A stretch of DNA of 64,000 nt, from the NCBI GenBank assembly GCA_013239625.1, contig MU054001.1, positions 7,510,746 through 7,574,745 on the forward strand, written 5' to 3'. A program made the translations under genes and the position numbers. Every line of letters starts with the position of its first letter. Within the stretch, counting starts at the first letter, position 1. The notes under the pieces are model-generated. The model was not told where the DNA came from, did not search any database, and saw only the letters and a program-made list of their open reading frames with translations. Positions 39,560-53,216 of this stretch are shown here, piece by piece. This DNA comes from Lama guanicoe (Eukaryota).

Positions 39560-40370
39560 GTCCCTGCTTCCGGGAGCTCCTAGGTGCACAGGAGTCATCA
39601 TGAAATGATCGCTGAGGAGGCGTTTTAAGAGGGCTTGGATAACAGTCAGCAGAGGGTGCTCGGGGCAGAGAGCCAGAACTGTAGCCAAGGCTCTCCCAGA
39701 GGAGGGAACCACTGTGGTGAGTTCTGAGGTGCCCTAGAAGTGATCAGGTGAAGGTATAATCTTAAGGCCATTTCTCCCTGGAGAGCTGCACATGCAAAGG
39801 AGGGAGGCCAAAAAGAGCCAGTTCCCTTCCAGGAAATGCAAATAGTCTAGAACTGAGCACAGGGTGTGTGAGGCAGGTGAGGCAACCAGGTGGAGAGATC
39901 ACAGGTGCACATCACACAGGAATCTGTGTGCCTCCAAGGTAGAGGAGACATGCAAAGTGATTTAGAAAGAGACAAGATGGAGGGAGGGAGACCTATTGGC
40001 AGGTTCATGTGAAGGCCTGCTGAGGCCTCACCAGGAGGAGAGAGAAGAAAACATTTCAGCAGGTGGGCGGAATGGCCACAGGTGTGATGGAAGGGCAGGA
40101 AGTGGTCAACGATGCCGGCCAGCTTTCTGGCTTTGGCAGTGTCCGAATTTATAGTGCCATTCTCTGAAATAAGAAGGGCAGGAAGAGGGGCAAGTAATGA
40201 GAGGAGACAACTGATTCAGTTCTGGCTGGGTGCCTGTGGGCTCCAGGAGAGATGCCCAGTAGACAATTAAAAGTCTAGAAATCAGTGGAAAGTTCTAGGC
40301 TGAGACAAGTAGTTTTCCTGTTTCAAGAGGCTAATTGTTGTGAGTGAACAAGCTCAAGAGAAGAGGTGTG
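39560..40370 (-). mobile_element. L2 LINE relic(s)
   Basis: Purine-rich reverse-strand L2-like blocks (e.g. GTGCCATTCTCTGAAATAAGAAGGGCAGGAAGAG). Boundaries are approximate. Confidence 0.5.
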
Positions 40371-40487
40371 GAGGGGTAGCTCTCACCCTCCTGCACATGG
40401 GAAGCATCTGGGAGCCTTTAAAAAATAGTGCGTCCCAGCCTGGAATGGGGACTTTGTACTGTTTAGTGTTTTTAAAAAACTTCTTTC

Positions 40488-40596
40488 CAGGTTTTGGGGG
40501 TAGTTAGCTTTATTTATTTTAATGGAGGTACTGGGAACTGAACCCAGGACCTCTTGCATGCTAAGCACGTGCTCTATCACTGAGCTGTACCCTCCC
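40488..40596 (-). mobile_element. tRNA-derived SINE, camelid Vic-1-like
   Basis: Reverse complement reads GGGAGGGTACAGCTCAGTGATAGAGCACGTGCTTAGCATGCAAGAGGTCCTGGGTTCAGTTCCCAGTACCTCCATTAAAATAAATAAAG. Confidence 0.88.
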
Positions 40597-42570
40597 AGAT
40601 TTTTTTTGTTTTTAGACATTAGCTCTACTGAGCAGTCAGGGTTGAAAATCAACCTGTAGAGGGCAGAGAGCCTTGGGGGTAGATATCAAGGAGAAGCTGC
40701 CCAGAGCCCTGCAGACCCCACCAGGGGAAGCCAGAGATGCAGGGAGCCACGGACAGGCTGTGAAGAACGTGAACTCAACACTCCCCAATGGCGAAGACGA
40801 CAAACATGTTTCAAGCACCCACTTCCCTGCAGTGTTTGTTCTGACTTTACTAGTTTTCCAGGAATACTGAGTGAGAATAGAATTAATCTGGACACAGGGA
40901 TCAAATTCAAATGCTGGTTCTGACCATTCATAGCTGCGTAATTACTGATTAAAAGGTTACCCTTCTGCCACGTGTAAAATGGGGGACCTAGAACCGTGCT
41001 TGTGGGCTGCTGTGAACGTAATGAAATGACATCTATAAAGGCCCTCCTGACTCTCAGACATAATTGCTACTATTGTTCCCATTTGGGACACCAAGAAACA
41101 GAGTCACAGAAAGCTTCAAACATTTGCCCAAGATAAGGGTTGGGGTCAGGAATCAAGCCAATGACTTCTTGGATCCAGAGCCCAGGATCTTATGAACAAC
41201 ACGGCACTGCCCAGTCTCCCTGCTCCAAAACCCACCTCCCTTTGGCTCAGTTCCATGGCGCCTGCATTGCACAGATGTCATCACTACCTACCTGCCCCCC
41301 CCGGTGTCTGACCCAGGCACTCCTCCCTCCGTCCCACACACCACTTCCTTGGGCACACCAACCCTCATGAGGCCATTGCTGTGGCTACTCGGATGTTGAC
41401 ACAGAAACGCAGGTGGCAGCCCAGCTTTCTGCTATAGCTGCTGCTGTCAGTGGAGGCAAAGAGCTCACAGTTGGTGGGGGATGCCACTTCTGGTCTCCTC
41501 CTTGGCTGGAGAGCTGGATGGAATCCAGATTCCCTCTGCAACTTAGACATCCACCATGAGAGATATGTAAGGCCATCTGGCCTCTCAACATAGAAATGAT
41601 GCCCCCGCAGTCGTACTTAATATTGTAATCTCCTGGCTCCACCAGGGAGCAGAGGCCATGGCCTGTTGTCCACCAAGATTTGTTTCCTTGCACGACAGCT
41701 TCAATGGTGTGAGTTAACACCGGACAAGAAAATCTACAAAGCCCTCGTGTACTATTTCCTGAGGCTTGCAGGTCACCCAAATACCCCAGATCCTCCAAGT
41801 AAACAACTAGTAAGAGGAACTGAGATGGCTCATCTGTCAGACCCCTGATGGCAGGACTGATTTGGCCTCTCCTGCTCTCGGGATGATCCGTTCTCCTTCT
41901 GTGTGCCTTCCCCGAGTGAAAGAGACTGTTCTTTGTTTATGGGCTAGGGAGTATTTGTGGCTCTCTGACTGGAACCTTCAAAAGTAGAGCTCTTGGTGAG
42001 AATGGAAGCATGGCACCCACATCTCATTAGCTCACCTACCCAACAGCCTCAACTAGCCAAGACTGTGGCCAAAACCTGGGGTCCATGCTGTTGAGTATTG
42101 GGTCTGGAGAGCAATGCCTCCACCACTGAGAAGCTGCCCCACCACTTGTGCCAATGTCCCCATCCAGTGGGAGGGGATGCATCCATGGGATGAAAGCCTT
42201 GAGGGCACTAGGTGACTGTGGACCAATCTGTGACTGGCCAGTCCTGCTCCCCATGTGACCCATGTTAGCCTCACATGCAGAAAATCCCCAAAGAGACCCC
42301 TGCTTGAGTGAATGGGTCACCTATAAGCCAACTGTCCTCAGGCCGCCTAAGAAGCAACACAGTATACACAGTTAGCCACCCACTCACTGATGTCCCCAAG
42401 GCTCACAGCTCCCTAATGTTATACCAGGTACCCCCATCCAACAGAAGACCCTTACTTTACAATTGACTCGAGAATTCTACTGCCAACACTGCCTTCCACC
42501 TTCCACTTATGAAGTTCTTTCCACTCTGTCCCCTGCTCTGCAATTGTGCAATCAGTCCAGAGCTCCTTCA

Positions 42571-43179
42571 TGAGACAGGAGGGAAGGGGGCAGGGCACAG
42601 CCATTAAAAGAATGGCACAGCCATTAGCACCAAGACGATGGAAAAGTCAACTCCCAGTAGATCTTGAGCTTCAATACACACTCACCAAAATACAGCAGGA
42701 TGCTAGATGGCATGCCCACAGGTGCCAGGACAAGTTCAAGGCTGACCATAAAAGGTCAAAGGGTGAGTGGTGGCCCAATTTCTGGGAATCCCAATACCTT
42801 CCCCAAAGCAGTTGGAATATTCCTCCCACTTACTAGTATATGAAGATACTGAGTGCATAAAAACTAACCCCATACCTCATGGCTGCTCTCTCTGCTGAGG
42901 GAGACAGCCCACACTCTGTCTGTGGAGTGTGTATCTACTTTCACTTTAAACTGGAGCACCCAAACCCCACAAATCATGGCCTTTCTCTTGCCTTCTGAAA
43001 CAGCCCACTCTGTCTATGGAGTGTATATCTCTCTGAATAAATCTACCTTTACTGAACTGTGGCTCTCTCTTGGATTCGTTCCTGTGCAAACCAAGGACCC
43101 ACACTTGGCGAGGTGCATCCCAGGGACCCAAATAAGAACTGGGATATGGCCATCCTCTCCCCCATATTTTCCTGTATCA
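42571..43179 (+). mobile_element. ERV1 solo LTR, MER41-like (609 bp)
   Basis: Near-perfect terminal inverted repeat TGAGACAGG...CCTGTATCA, a MER41-type CAGCCCACTCTGTCTATGGAGT motif present twice, tandem GAS-like sites and AATAAA at ~43036. Confidence 0.8.
42780..42807. promoter_or_regulatory. Tandem GAS (STAT) sites within the MER41-like LTR: one perfect, one degenerate
   Basis: TTCTGGGAA (42780-42788) matches TTCN3GAA. TTCCCCAAA (42799-42807) is one base off. Function is untested. Confidence 0.5.
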
Positions 43180-45457
43180 TACTTTCCTTCCCAAAGGATC
43201 TCACCTTGTGCACTCCAAAATTGACAGCACTCATGTGTCCTGACCTGGATCTGCTTCTGCATGTATCATTTTTCATGTCCACTAGAACATCACCTTCATG
43301 AGGACAGGGATTTGGTTCTGTTCACAATGGAAGCACCAGCACATCACAGGTGCTGGAGAAGTATTAGCTGAATGAATGAGCTGTGGGAAGTTCTGGGAAT
43401 TCCACCTGCAACTCCTAGCCACTTGGGTCCCAGCTGACCCCAGTTGCTCCCTGCTACTCATGGCTGAGCTCTTGCCACCACTCTCTGCTCTGCCATCACC
43501 TGAGCCAGGATGAGCTGAGATAAGCACACACCCAGGAGAGCATGGCGGCTGATTTATGAGGTTGCAACACACTCGCTCTCTGACTGCCAGGGGTTACTTA
43601 GGATGGACAAACTGAAGGCAGCACCATGTGCACCACCCTACGCCACAACTCACTTGAAGCACCAGGACTGCACACAGGGGAAACGCTGGCCCTTTCCAAC
43701 CTAAGGAGAGGGACTATGGGTGAGAAGAGGGTCTCTGTCAACTAACAGTCTCTTTACAAGCCCAGTCTTAGAAAATCTCTTTAAAGAAAATTTTGATGTC
43801 TTCCTTGTGTTTCTGTAATCCCTCTAGATTTTGTCATGTTAATCTACGCATCAGAAATACAGATGCTCTTGAAATCTCTATTGATTTTCAATGAAGAAAA
43901 TCCTCAATTACCTTCTCTGCTAAGAAAATTACTGCACTTTTTATTAAAAAAATCAGCTTCCTTTCATGAGTTTCTTCAAACACCTAATTTCACAAGAATC
44001 AGTGCAGCAGGACATGAAAATCATGCTGTGCTTTGTCACCTACAGGTGGGCAGGAATGAAATGAATGAGTACTGATCTCATGAGACGGGAAGGATGGGGA
44101 TGCCTTATTCCTGCTACAGATGGAAGGGTCCATATCTGTGAGGATGAGGAAGGACCAAGGATGAGAAACCAACGCTTTCTAACCCATTTCTCTTTTTCAG
44201 AGTCCCAGACAAAACAGTGTGATTGTATCAACAAAAACAAGAACATCTGCACCCTTCTAAAAGCACGCTACAACTTTACTACTACACACGGCACTCTGTC
44301 ACTGACCTAAAGGCTGATGACAGCCAAGAAATTTGCAGGGATCTTATTCTGTGCTCATCACTTTTTGTCTTTGGAACCTCAGGTAATTTGCCTCCACTCC
44401 CTAAGTGTCATTTTCCTCATCCTTCAAATGGGAGTGTAACAGTCATTTATTTGCTCAGTGTCTATTTGACAACAGGAGATGGCTTATGAAAACAACAACA
44501 AAAAGCAAAACAGCAATTGTGATTTGTGCCGTCTTCCTCCTCCTCATTGAATATGAACGTACAGGGTAAAATGGCATCTTTGACTAAATCCCGAACTTAA
44601 GGAGCAGTTCTGATAAGGAAGTCACAGGACTGCGTTGTAACCGAGAAATGACCTGGTGAAAAAGAATGAGTTGCCAGCAAATCTGCAAAACCTGTAAGGG
44701 TGCAAACCCTGGGAGCTACACACATGGGTGGGATTTCCTTAGTTCCCCATTTCACAAAGCCGAGAACTTTGAAGGGTCCTTGAAAGAAGCAGAGGGCCCA
44801 GTACAACCACGCCATGTTTTGGAGTACACCGAGGCCACATCGCTGCTGCCCTGTACTTCTGTGTGTCCCAGAGCAAGAGCCCTGGGTGGGGGTGACTGTG
44901 TTTGGGGCTGGAAAAAACTTCCTGTTCTGTCTCTTTTTCTCTCTCTCTTCCTGCAATAAAACAACTGGTAGGACTCTGGTGGGGACCACTGCACCCACAT
45001 TCTCTGGCAAACCACACACCAGGCAGCTCTAGCTGATTTGAGAGAGGACTCTTCAATGAACATATATACACCAAAGTCAGGCAGAAGGCTACCTGCGACC
45101 TTGGGAATCCAAACCAGCTTGTCCTGTTAATCAGGATATTAGACACCTAAAGAAAGTGTGCACCAGATGAAGATGATGCCTTAGACAGCGTTGGTAGTTA
45201 TGTCCAGCAGTGTCTAAGGACAAGTCATACTCTGGTAGATGGGAGCATTTTGGTTGCTTTAAGTTTGCTACTGAAGGTCTGGGACATTTCATTGGGCCTT
45301 GAAACCCCAGAACTCTTTACTCACAAAGGCAGACAAGTTAGGTGAGCCAGCTCAGCCTTTATTCCAACTTCCTAACCAAAAGACTATGAGGTTGAAAATG
45401 TATTTCTCAGACACTTCTGCAGCAAGGGTTCCAGAAGTGGCTTTAAAAATGCCCATC

Positions 45458-45699
45458 TGAGATTGAGATTTGCAAATATTAACTACTATATATAAAAATA
45501 GCTAAAAAAACTAAATTTCTTCTGTATAGCACAGGGAACTATATTTAATATCTTGTAATAACCATTAATGAAAAAGAATATGAAAAGAAATTCAGACATA
45601 TATATGTGTATATAAATGACTGGAACATTGTGCTGTACATCAGAAATTGACACATTGTAACTGACTATACTTCAATTAAAAAAAAATATATATATATAT
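45458..45699 (+). mobile_element. 5'-truncated lineage L1 3' end with 10-bp TSD
   Basis: CTGTATAGCACAGGGAACTATATT...CTGACTATACTTCAATTAAAAAA(TA)n, with TSD AATGCCCATC at 45448-45457 and 45700-45709. Confidence 0.9.
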
Positions 45700-47059
45700 A
45701 ATGCCCATCGGCAGCATCTGAGTGTCACTCAAAGCAGAAACCAAGATGAATGGAGGCAGAAGTGGTTGGAGGAGCTACGTTATTTTGCTGGGGTGGATGC
45801 AGCCGGCATGGCAGAGATCGAGAAGGAATGCTCACAACAGCCACGCACTGATCTGCAAGTGAGTTAGGGTAACAGCTTCCTGAAATCCTCCCCGCCCCTC
45901 CTGATGAGCCAGGTGTCTGGCGTTTCTCTGGAAGTTACTAGGGGCAGCCTGGAACTCAAAGGTAAAAATTAAAAACTGCAGTCAGGCAGTGAAGATTCTG
46001 GCAGGAAATGTTGGACAAAAGTAGGTCAGAATCAACAAGGAATGGGGAGGGGCTAGAACGTGTGCTGAGGACCCTGACTACAGTGGTGGATTGTCTGTGT
46101 TGAGGAATCTGAGTCAGTATGAGAAGATGGATTGGTGTGGACTAAAATGGTGGCCATTGTTCAGATAAGTGTGTGATTTGGAATATATTTATTAGAAGAG
46201 GGTTTTTTTTTTCCCTTCAAAATTGATCATTTCTAGGGAGCAGAAAATTACTCTGCCACACAACATCTAAGTGCAAAAGAGATGCTACAGGATGATGGTG
46301 GTAAGAAAAATTTCAGTTCTGCAGTTCCAAGATTTCCTTAATGAGGTTCACAGCAGTAGGTACTTAAAATAAAATAAGGTACTTAAAGTAAAGACATCAT
46401 CATATGTACATATCCTTAAAGATACACATATGGTGCTATAAGTGGGCCTGAAATGTGTTCTACATTCTAAAATCCGATGAAATAAAATCAGTAGCTCAAT
46501 ATACCTGTTGGCTCTATAAACATGATGTAGCTAATGATCACAGAATGCAAGATCAGCTAGGAAATTTGAGATTTGTCTTTTCCAGTGACAAAGTTAATAT
46601 TTTTTGCTTCACTTAAAAAGCACTTTTTTAATTAGGGCTGTCAGCATCCTTTGGTATACGGGATTCAGTAGATGTGTTCAGATATTCTAGACAGTGAATC
46701 AGAGCAAAGACTGAGGTTTAGACAGTAGTTAAATGCCTCACCCATGAGGTCAGCAACCACAAACTGCTATACTGAAAATCCTTAAGTGAGAACTTCATTA
46801 AAGCAAAGAAAACTGAGGGAAAATGAATAGCCACAGACTAGTGGAAGTTTTGTAACGTGCAAATATGACAAAGGGCTATTCATGAGCATATTTTTAAAAC
46901 CCCCTAACTTTAATAAGAAAAGCAACAAACTGACAACAGGTTGCACACTGCTCCTTGTAGGAGAAGCCATGCAGATGGGGTCTTATGTGAATGGGGCTGG
47001 AGCTGTAGTATTAGTTAGTCTTGCAAGTAACTCAGTTAAAATCAAATGCAAATGGGATA

Positions 47060-50000
47060 CACTTCTAGAATATCTGAGTAAAAATCTTGGAAAACTTACT
47101 CCTCTATGAAGCAATGACAATGGCAAAATTTGTCAAAATTAACCTCTGCAGAACTCTGGAAATTAAACAAAGGCTTCCAGCAAAACGGGTCGTGTTTATT
47201 TGAGAAAAAAAAAAACAGCTAAATCTCCATAAAGATAGTGAGTTTTGTGGCATTGTAACTTGATCTACCCCATCCGCGTATCCTCTCCTTAAATGGTGGC
47301 CTTTAAAAGCAACAGTCTCACAATCAAGGTAGGGGCAGAATTGAATTGAAATTCCCCCAAAAATCCGTCCCCAGAGAGCTGTCACTATTTGACCTATCTC
47401 AAACTCATGCTGTGCAAACAGTCTGTCCCCAGAGTGTGTGTGGAAAACAATCAGCAGTGAGTATTTAACAATACAACTGCCTGAGGCAGTGGTACCAGTA
47501 GAGGCTAACTGGATGCTGACTAGGAAACTTAGAAGGCAAAATTGAGTAATGAGACGTTCTGGGGGTTGAGGTAGGGTTAAAAAGCTCCAAAAAATTCTGA
47601 GAATTGTAGAAGGTCGTACACATGTGTAACACATGGCAAGGAAAGATCTGAGAAAATCTTAAGCCTTCAACTCTGGCTGAACTTGAGGTTCTGCCTAAGC
47701 AAGAACTAAAGGCTACGGAAGAGCTGCAAACAGCCTGCCAGTGCTGAGGGCATCTTCAGCACGCAGACACACAGCCACCTGGCAACAGCTCAAACGACTG
47801 GCTCGAGGCATTGAAAGAAATCACTGACCACTCATTATTACAGTGATGACAACTAGGGTTTCTGCATACACACTGATCTCATGGCCATGCATAATAAAGA
47901 ATACAGACTTTACAGAATTTGATCAGAAAAGTAACTAAATAGCTGCAGCAGTAATGACAATGGAAGTAATGAGAAACACTGGAGATGAGGAAACTCTGGC
48001 TTTCAGATCTGCCACATTGTAATATTTTAAATGTCCAGTTTTCAACAGGAAATTACAAGATGTACAAAGAAACAGAAAAGTTTGACCATAACACAGGGGA
48101 AAAAGTAGTCAATACAAACTCCCTGAGGAAGCCCCGACAGTGGACTTTCTAGACAAAGACATAAATAACCCATTAAACATATGTTCAAAGAGCTAACATA
48201 AACCATGCCTAAAGAATTAAATTATGTGATCATCTCATTGTACAGAGAATATCAATAGATAAAATTTATATTAAAAACCAACTGGAAATTCTAGAGATAC
48301 AAATATAATGACTAAAATGAAAAATTCAATTAGAGGTTTCTCTGTAGATATGAACTTGTTGAAGAAAAATTCAGTTAACTTAAAACTGCTGAGATTATCC
48401 AGTCTGTGGAACAGAAAGAAAAAGGAATGAAAAAAAAAATGAACACTCTGTCAGAGATAGGTGGGACACAATCAACAATACCAATACAAACACACTGGGA
48501 GCGCCAGAAGGAAGGAGAGAAAAAAAGGAGTAGAAAGAATATATAAAAAAAATGGCTGAAAACTTCCCAAATTTAATGGAAACATTAATTTGTACATCCC
48601 AGCAGCTCAACAAACTACATGTGGTATAAACGTAGAGACATCTAGAATAGGCACGTCAGACTCAGTGTGTCAAAAGACAAGAACAAAGAATCTTGACAGC
48701 AGAAAGAGAAAAGTTGCTCAACATATACAAAGGCTCCTCAGTTAGACAGTTGATTTCTCATCAAAAACCATGGAGACCAGAAGGCAGTGGGATGGTATCG
48801 TCGAGGTAATAAAAGGAAAAGACTGTCACCAAGTATTTTATAGCCAGCAAAATGATTCTTCAAAAAAATTAAAGGAGAATTTAAGACACACCTACAAAAA
48901 CAAAATCTGAAAGAATCCATTGCTAGCAGGCCTGCCCTACAAGAAATACTAAGGATAGTCCAGCAGCTGTAAATGAAAGGACACTCACCTGAAAAATAAA
49001 GAGCACTAGTAGAGGTAACTTCATGAGTAAAAAAATAAAACAGTATAAATAGAGTATTATATGTAAGTGTTTTCTTCTAATTGATGTAAAAGACAACTGC
49101 ATAAAACAATACTTATGAAACTGTGTAGATGCGCTTATAAATGCATAAAGGTGTAATTTGCGTGACAGTGACAGCATGAGGAGAGGGAGGGAAAAGACTG
49201 ATACCAAAGCAAAATTTTTGTGTACTATTGAAATTAAGTTGGCATTCATGTGAACTAGATTGCTTTAAATCAAGATGTTAATTATAATCTCTAGGGCAAT
49301 GGAGGAGGAGGAAGAGGAGGAGGAGAAAAAAGATAAAATAAACTACAAATAAAAATGGCACACTTGAAAATGCCTACTTTGTAGTAATAGAGGAATGGGA
49401 ATAGTAAAAGACATTTAGAAAGCAGATAGCAGATGTAACTTCAACCTGATAAGAAATTACATTAATGTAAATAAATTAAACATTCTAATCAAAATACTAA
49501 AGGTAGAAATAAATGGAATAGAGAATAGATGAACAACAGAGAATAATCAACAAAAAGAAAAGTTGGTTCTTTGAAAAGATCAACAAAATTGACAAATTTT
49601 AACCTAGTACTGAAGAAAAAAGAGAGAAGATTCAAATTACTAAAATGAGAAATGAAAGGAACTTATGAAACTGTGTAGATGCGCTTATAAATGCATAAAG
49701 GTGTAATTTGCGTGACAGTGACAGCATGAGGAGAGGGAGGGAAAAGACTGATACCAAAGCAAAATTTTTGTGTACTATTGAAATTAAGTTGGCATTCATG
49801 TGAACTAGATTGCTTTAAATCAAGATGTTAATTATAATCTCTAGGGCAATGGAGGAGGAGGAAGAGGAGGAGGAGAAAAAAGATAAAATAAACTACAAAT
49901 AAAAATGGCACACTTGAAAATGCCTACTTTGTAGTAATAGAGGAATGGGAATAGTAAAAGACATTTAGAAAGCAGATAGCAGATGTAACTTCAACCTGAT

Positions 50001-52892
50001 AAGAAATTACATTAATGTAAATAAATTAAACATTCTAATCAAAATACTAAAGGTAGAAATAAATGGAATAGAGAATAGAAGAACAACAGAGAATAATCAA
50101 CAAAAAGAAAAGTTGGTTCTTTGAAAAGATCAACAAAATTGACAAATTTTTAGCTAGTACTGAAGAAAAAAAGAGAGAAGATTCCAATTACTAAAATGAG
50201 AAATGAAAGGAAGGATGTCGCTACTGCCCTTACTAAAATAACAAGGAATATAAGGGAATACCATGAATAATTATATAGCCAATAAATGAGATAATCTAGA
50301 TGAAATGGATAAATTCCTAGAAGGACATAAATGACTGAAGCTAAATCAAGGAGAAATAGACAACTCAAATAATCCTACAATAAGTAGTGTCTGAAATGGT
50401 AATCCAAAATTTTCCTACAGGGAAATGCTAGACCGGTATGTCTTTGCTGGTGAATTCCATCAACTACTTAAAGAAAAAACAAAAACAAACAAAAAATGCT
50501 TCACAAACTCTTCTGAAAATAAAAAGCTGGGCACAATTCCCAATTCATTCAATGAGACTAGTATCACACTGATACCAAAACCAGAAAAAGGCATCACAAG
50601 GAAACTAAAGACTAACTCTTATGAATATAAATGCAAAAATCCTCAACAGAATACAAGCAAATCCAATCCAATAACATAAAAAATAGACCACAATTAAGTG
50701 GGATGTATCCAGGTATGCAAAGGCAGGTCAACATTCAAAAGTCAGTTCATGTAATATGCCATATTAATAGAATAAGGGATAAAAACTAAGAATAGAAGAG
50801 AACTTCCTCAACTTGACAGAAAACATCTATGAAAAACCTGGAGCAAAGATCATACATAATGGTGAAAGACTGAATTATTTCCTTCCAAAATCAACATTGT
50901 ACTAGAAGTTCTAGTCAAAGCAACCAGACAAAGAAAATAAAGCCTCTAGTTTAGAAAGAAAGAAATAAAACTATTTCGATTCCAGATGACATGATATTAT
51001 ATATTGAAATCACAAGGAATCCACAAAGAAAAAAAAGAGAGAGAAATGGAAAAAAAACTATTAGAATTAATAACCCAGTCTGTCCAAAATTGTAAGACAC
51101 AAATCAATATATAAAAAAATAATTATAGTTCTATATAACACAGTGAATAATCTAAAAATAAAAAGAAGGAAACATTTTCATTTACAATAGCATCAAAAAG
51201 AATAAAATACTTAGGAATATTAAGAAAAATTCGTGAAATACTGAGAAAAATGTCTGAAACTTGAATATTGAAAACTAAAATACTAGTGATAGAAGTTAAA
51301 AATGACCTAAAATAAATGAAAGCTCTTCTGTGTTCATGGATCAGAAGCCTTATTATTGATAGGATGGCAATTGTCCTCAAAATGACCTATAGATACAATG
51401 CAACTCTGGTTTTTTGAGAGAAATGAATAAGCTGATCCTAAAAATTATATGGAAAAGCAAGATACCCAGTAGAGTCAAAACAATCTTGAAAAAGAACAAA
51501 GTTTTGAAGTTTCCAAATTCAAAACTCACTAACAAAACTGTAATCCATACAGTGTGTACTTGCATAAAGGACAGAAAAATAGATTGAGAGAAAAGAACTG
51601 AGAGTCCATAAACAAACTCTTACATGTAGCCAGTTAATTTTTGGCAAAGGTGCCATGACAATCCAATGGGGAAAAAATAATCTTTACAAAAATGATGCTG
51701 GGACACCTGAACATACACCTGGAAAGAAAGAAAACTGAACTTTTATCTTAACATTATTTATGAAAATTAACTCAAGATAAATCACAAACCTGAAACTGTA
51801 AACCTTTTAGAAAATGAACAATGAGAAAATCTTCAGGACTTTGGATTACAAATACTTCTAAGATATGACACTAAAGGCACAAACAACAAAAGAAAAAAAT
51901 CATGTTAACTGGACTTCAGTAAAATTAAAAACTTCTGTGCTTCAAAGGACTTCATCAAGAAAGTAAGAAGACAATCCACGGAGTGGGTGAAAATATTTCC
52001 AATATTTTCCCTGATAAGGGACTTTTATCCAGAATAGACAAAGAAGACTTAAAACATGACAATACAAAGACAAATACAATTAAAATGAGCAAAGAATTTG
52101 AATAGATGTTTCTCCAAAGAAGACATACAAATGGGAAATAAGCACATAAAAAGATGTCCAACATCAGTAGGCATTAGGGAAACAAAAATCAAAGGCACAA
52201 TGACATGCCACCTCATACCAACTAGGATGACAAATATATATGATATATAATATATAAATATGTATCTATAAACCTGATAATAAAAAGTGTTGATGAGGAT
52301 GTGGAGAAACTGGACTCCTTATACATTACTACTGGAAATATAAAATGGTGCAGTCACTTTAAAAGCTACTTTAGCAATTCCTCAAATTGTTAAATGTAGA
52401 ATACATCCCAGCAATTCCATTTTTGATATATCCTCAAGAGAACTGAAAATATGTGTTTACACAAAAACATGTCCATGAGAATTTACAGCAGAATTATTCA
52501 TCATCAACTGATGGATGGAATAGCAATCTGGTGTACTTATAACAATGGCATATTATTTGAACACAAAAACGAATTTGGTTACTGATATATGCTACACCAT
52601 GGATGAGCCTTGACAACGTCACACTAAATGAAAGATGACAATCAAAAAAGGAAGAATACTGTATGGTTCTACTTATATGAAATGCCCAGAACAGGCAAAT
52701 CCGTAGAGGCAGAAAGTAGAGTGGTAGCTGCTGGGGGCTATGGTAAAGGAAGGTTAGGGAGTGACTTACTAAAGGGTACTGTTTCCTTTTGGGAGTGATG
52801 GGTACACAACCCTGAAATGTACTTAAAATCCTAATGCACACTTTCAAAGGCTACATTTTATGGTATGTGAATTATATCTCCATAAAGCTGTC
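47060..52892 (+). mobile_element. Old, degraded, internally deleted L1M element (5'UTR, ORF1 and ORF2 remnants, 3'UTR)
   Basis: ORF2-like remnants (IPNSFNETSITLIPKPEK at ~50536-50590; CCAGATGACATGAT RT-motif relic at ~50982) and an L1MB/MC-type 3' end TATGGTATGTGAATTATATCTCCATAAAGCTGT. Confidence 0.85.
49111..50211 (+). repeat. Near-identical 550-bp tandem duplication inside the old L1
   Basis: ACTTATGAAACTGTGTAGATGCGC starts at both 49111 and 49661. The copies are identical except for a few differences in the last ~130 bp. Confidence 0.95.
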
Positions 52893-53194
52893 ATTCTTGA
52901 AGCTAGGCCCACCTATGGAGCAACTGGCACAGCACTGACTGTGGCATCCAGAGTGGGAGTGACCCACCTGCCCACCGTGAAGGAGAGCAGCACTTGACCC
53001 AGTGTTGGAGGGGCATGATCTTCTTGCCGAAGGACACTGTGAGCAGCACAGACGAGGGGGCCAACAGAGCAAGCTGAGTTCATGAAACAGGGCGAAGACA
53101 CAAAGACCTCTCAATAAAACCATTAAGAGCGTTCAGTCTCTAGGAGAACACATCTTTGTTTTTAAAATCTTTTTATACCTGTTTTATTTTCTAT

Positions 53195-53216
53195 NNNNNN
53201 NNNNNNNNNNNNNNNN
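53195..53216. other. Assembly gap (22 N)
   Basis: Run of N. Confidence 1.

Noticed and set aside
40860..41200. Oppositely oriented MIR relics as a possible hairpin RNA
   Set aside because: The copies are too diverged to show convincing pairing by eye, and this arrangement is common in mammalian introns.
53050..53125. Minus-strand LCVF peptide resembling the start of ANO6 exon 10 (KLCIF)
   Set aside because: Downstream residues do not match (ALFHELS versus DSFGTLV), and there is no polypyrimidine acceptor or donor at the expected distance.
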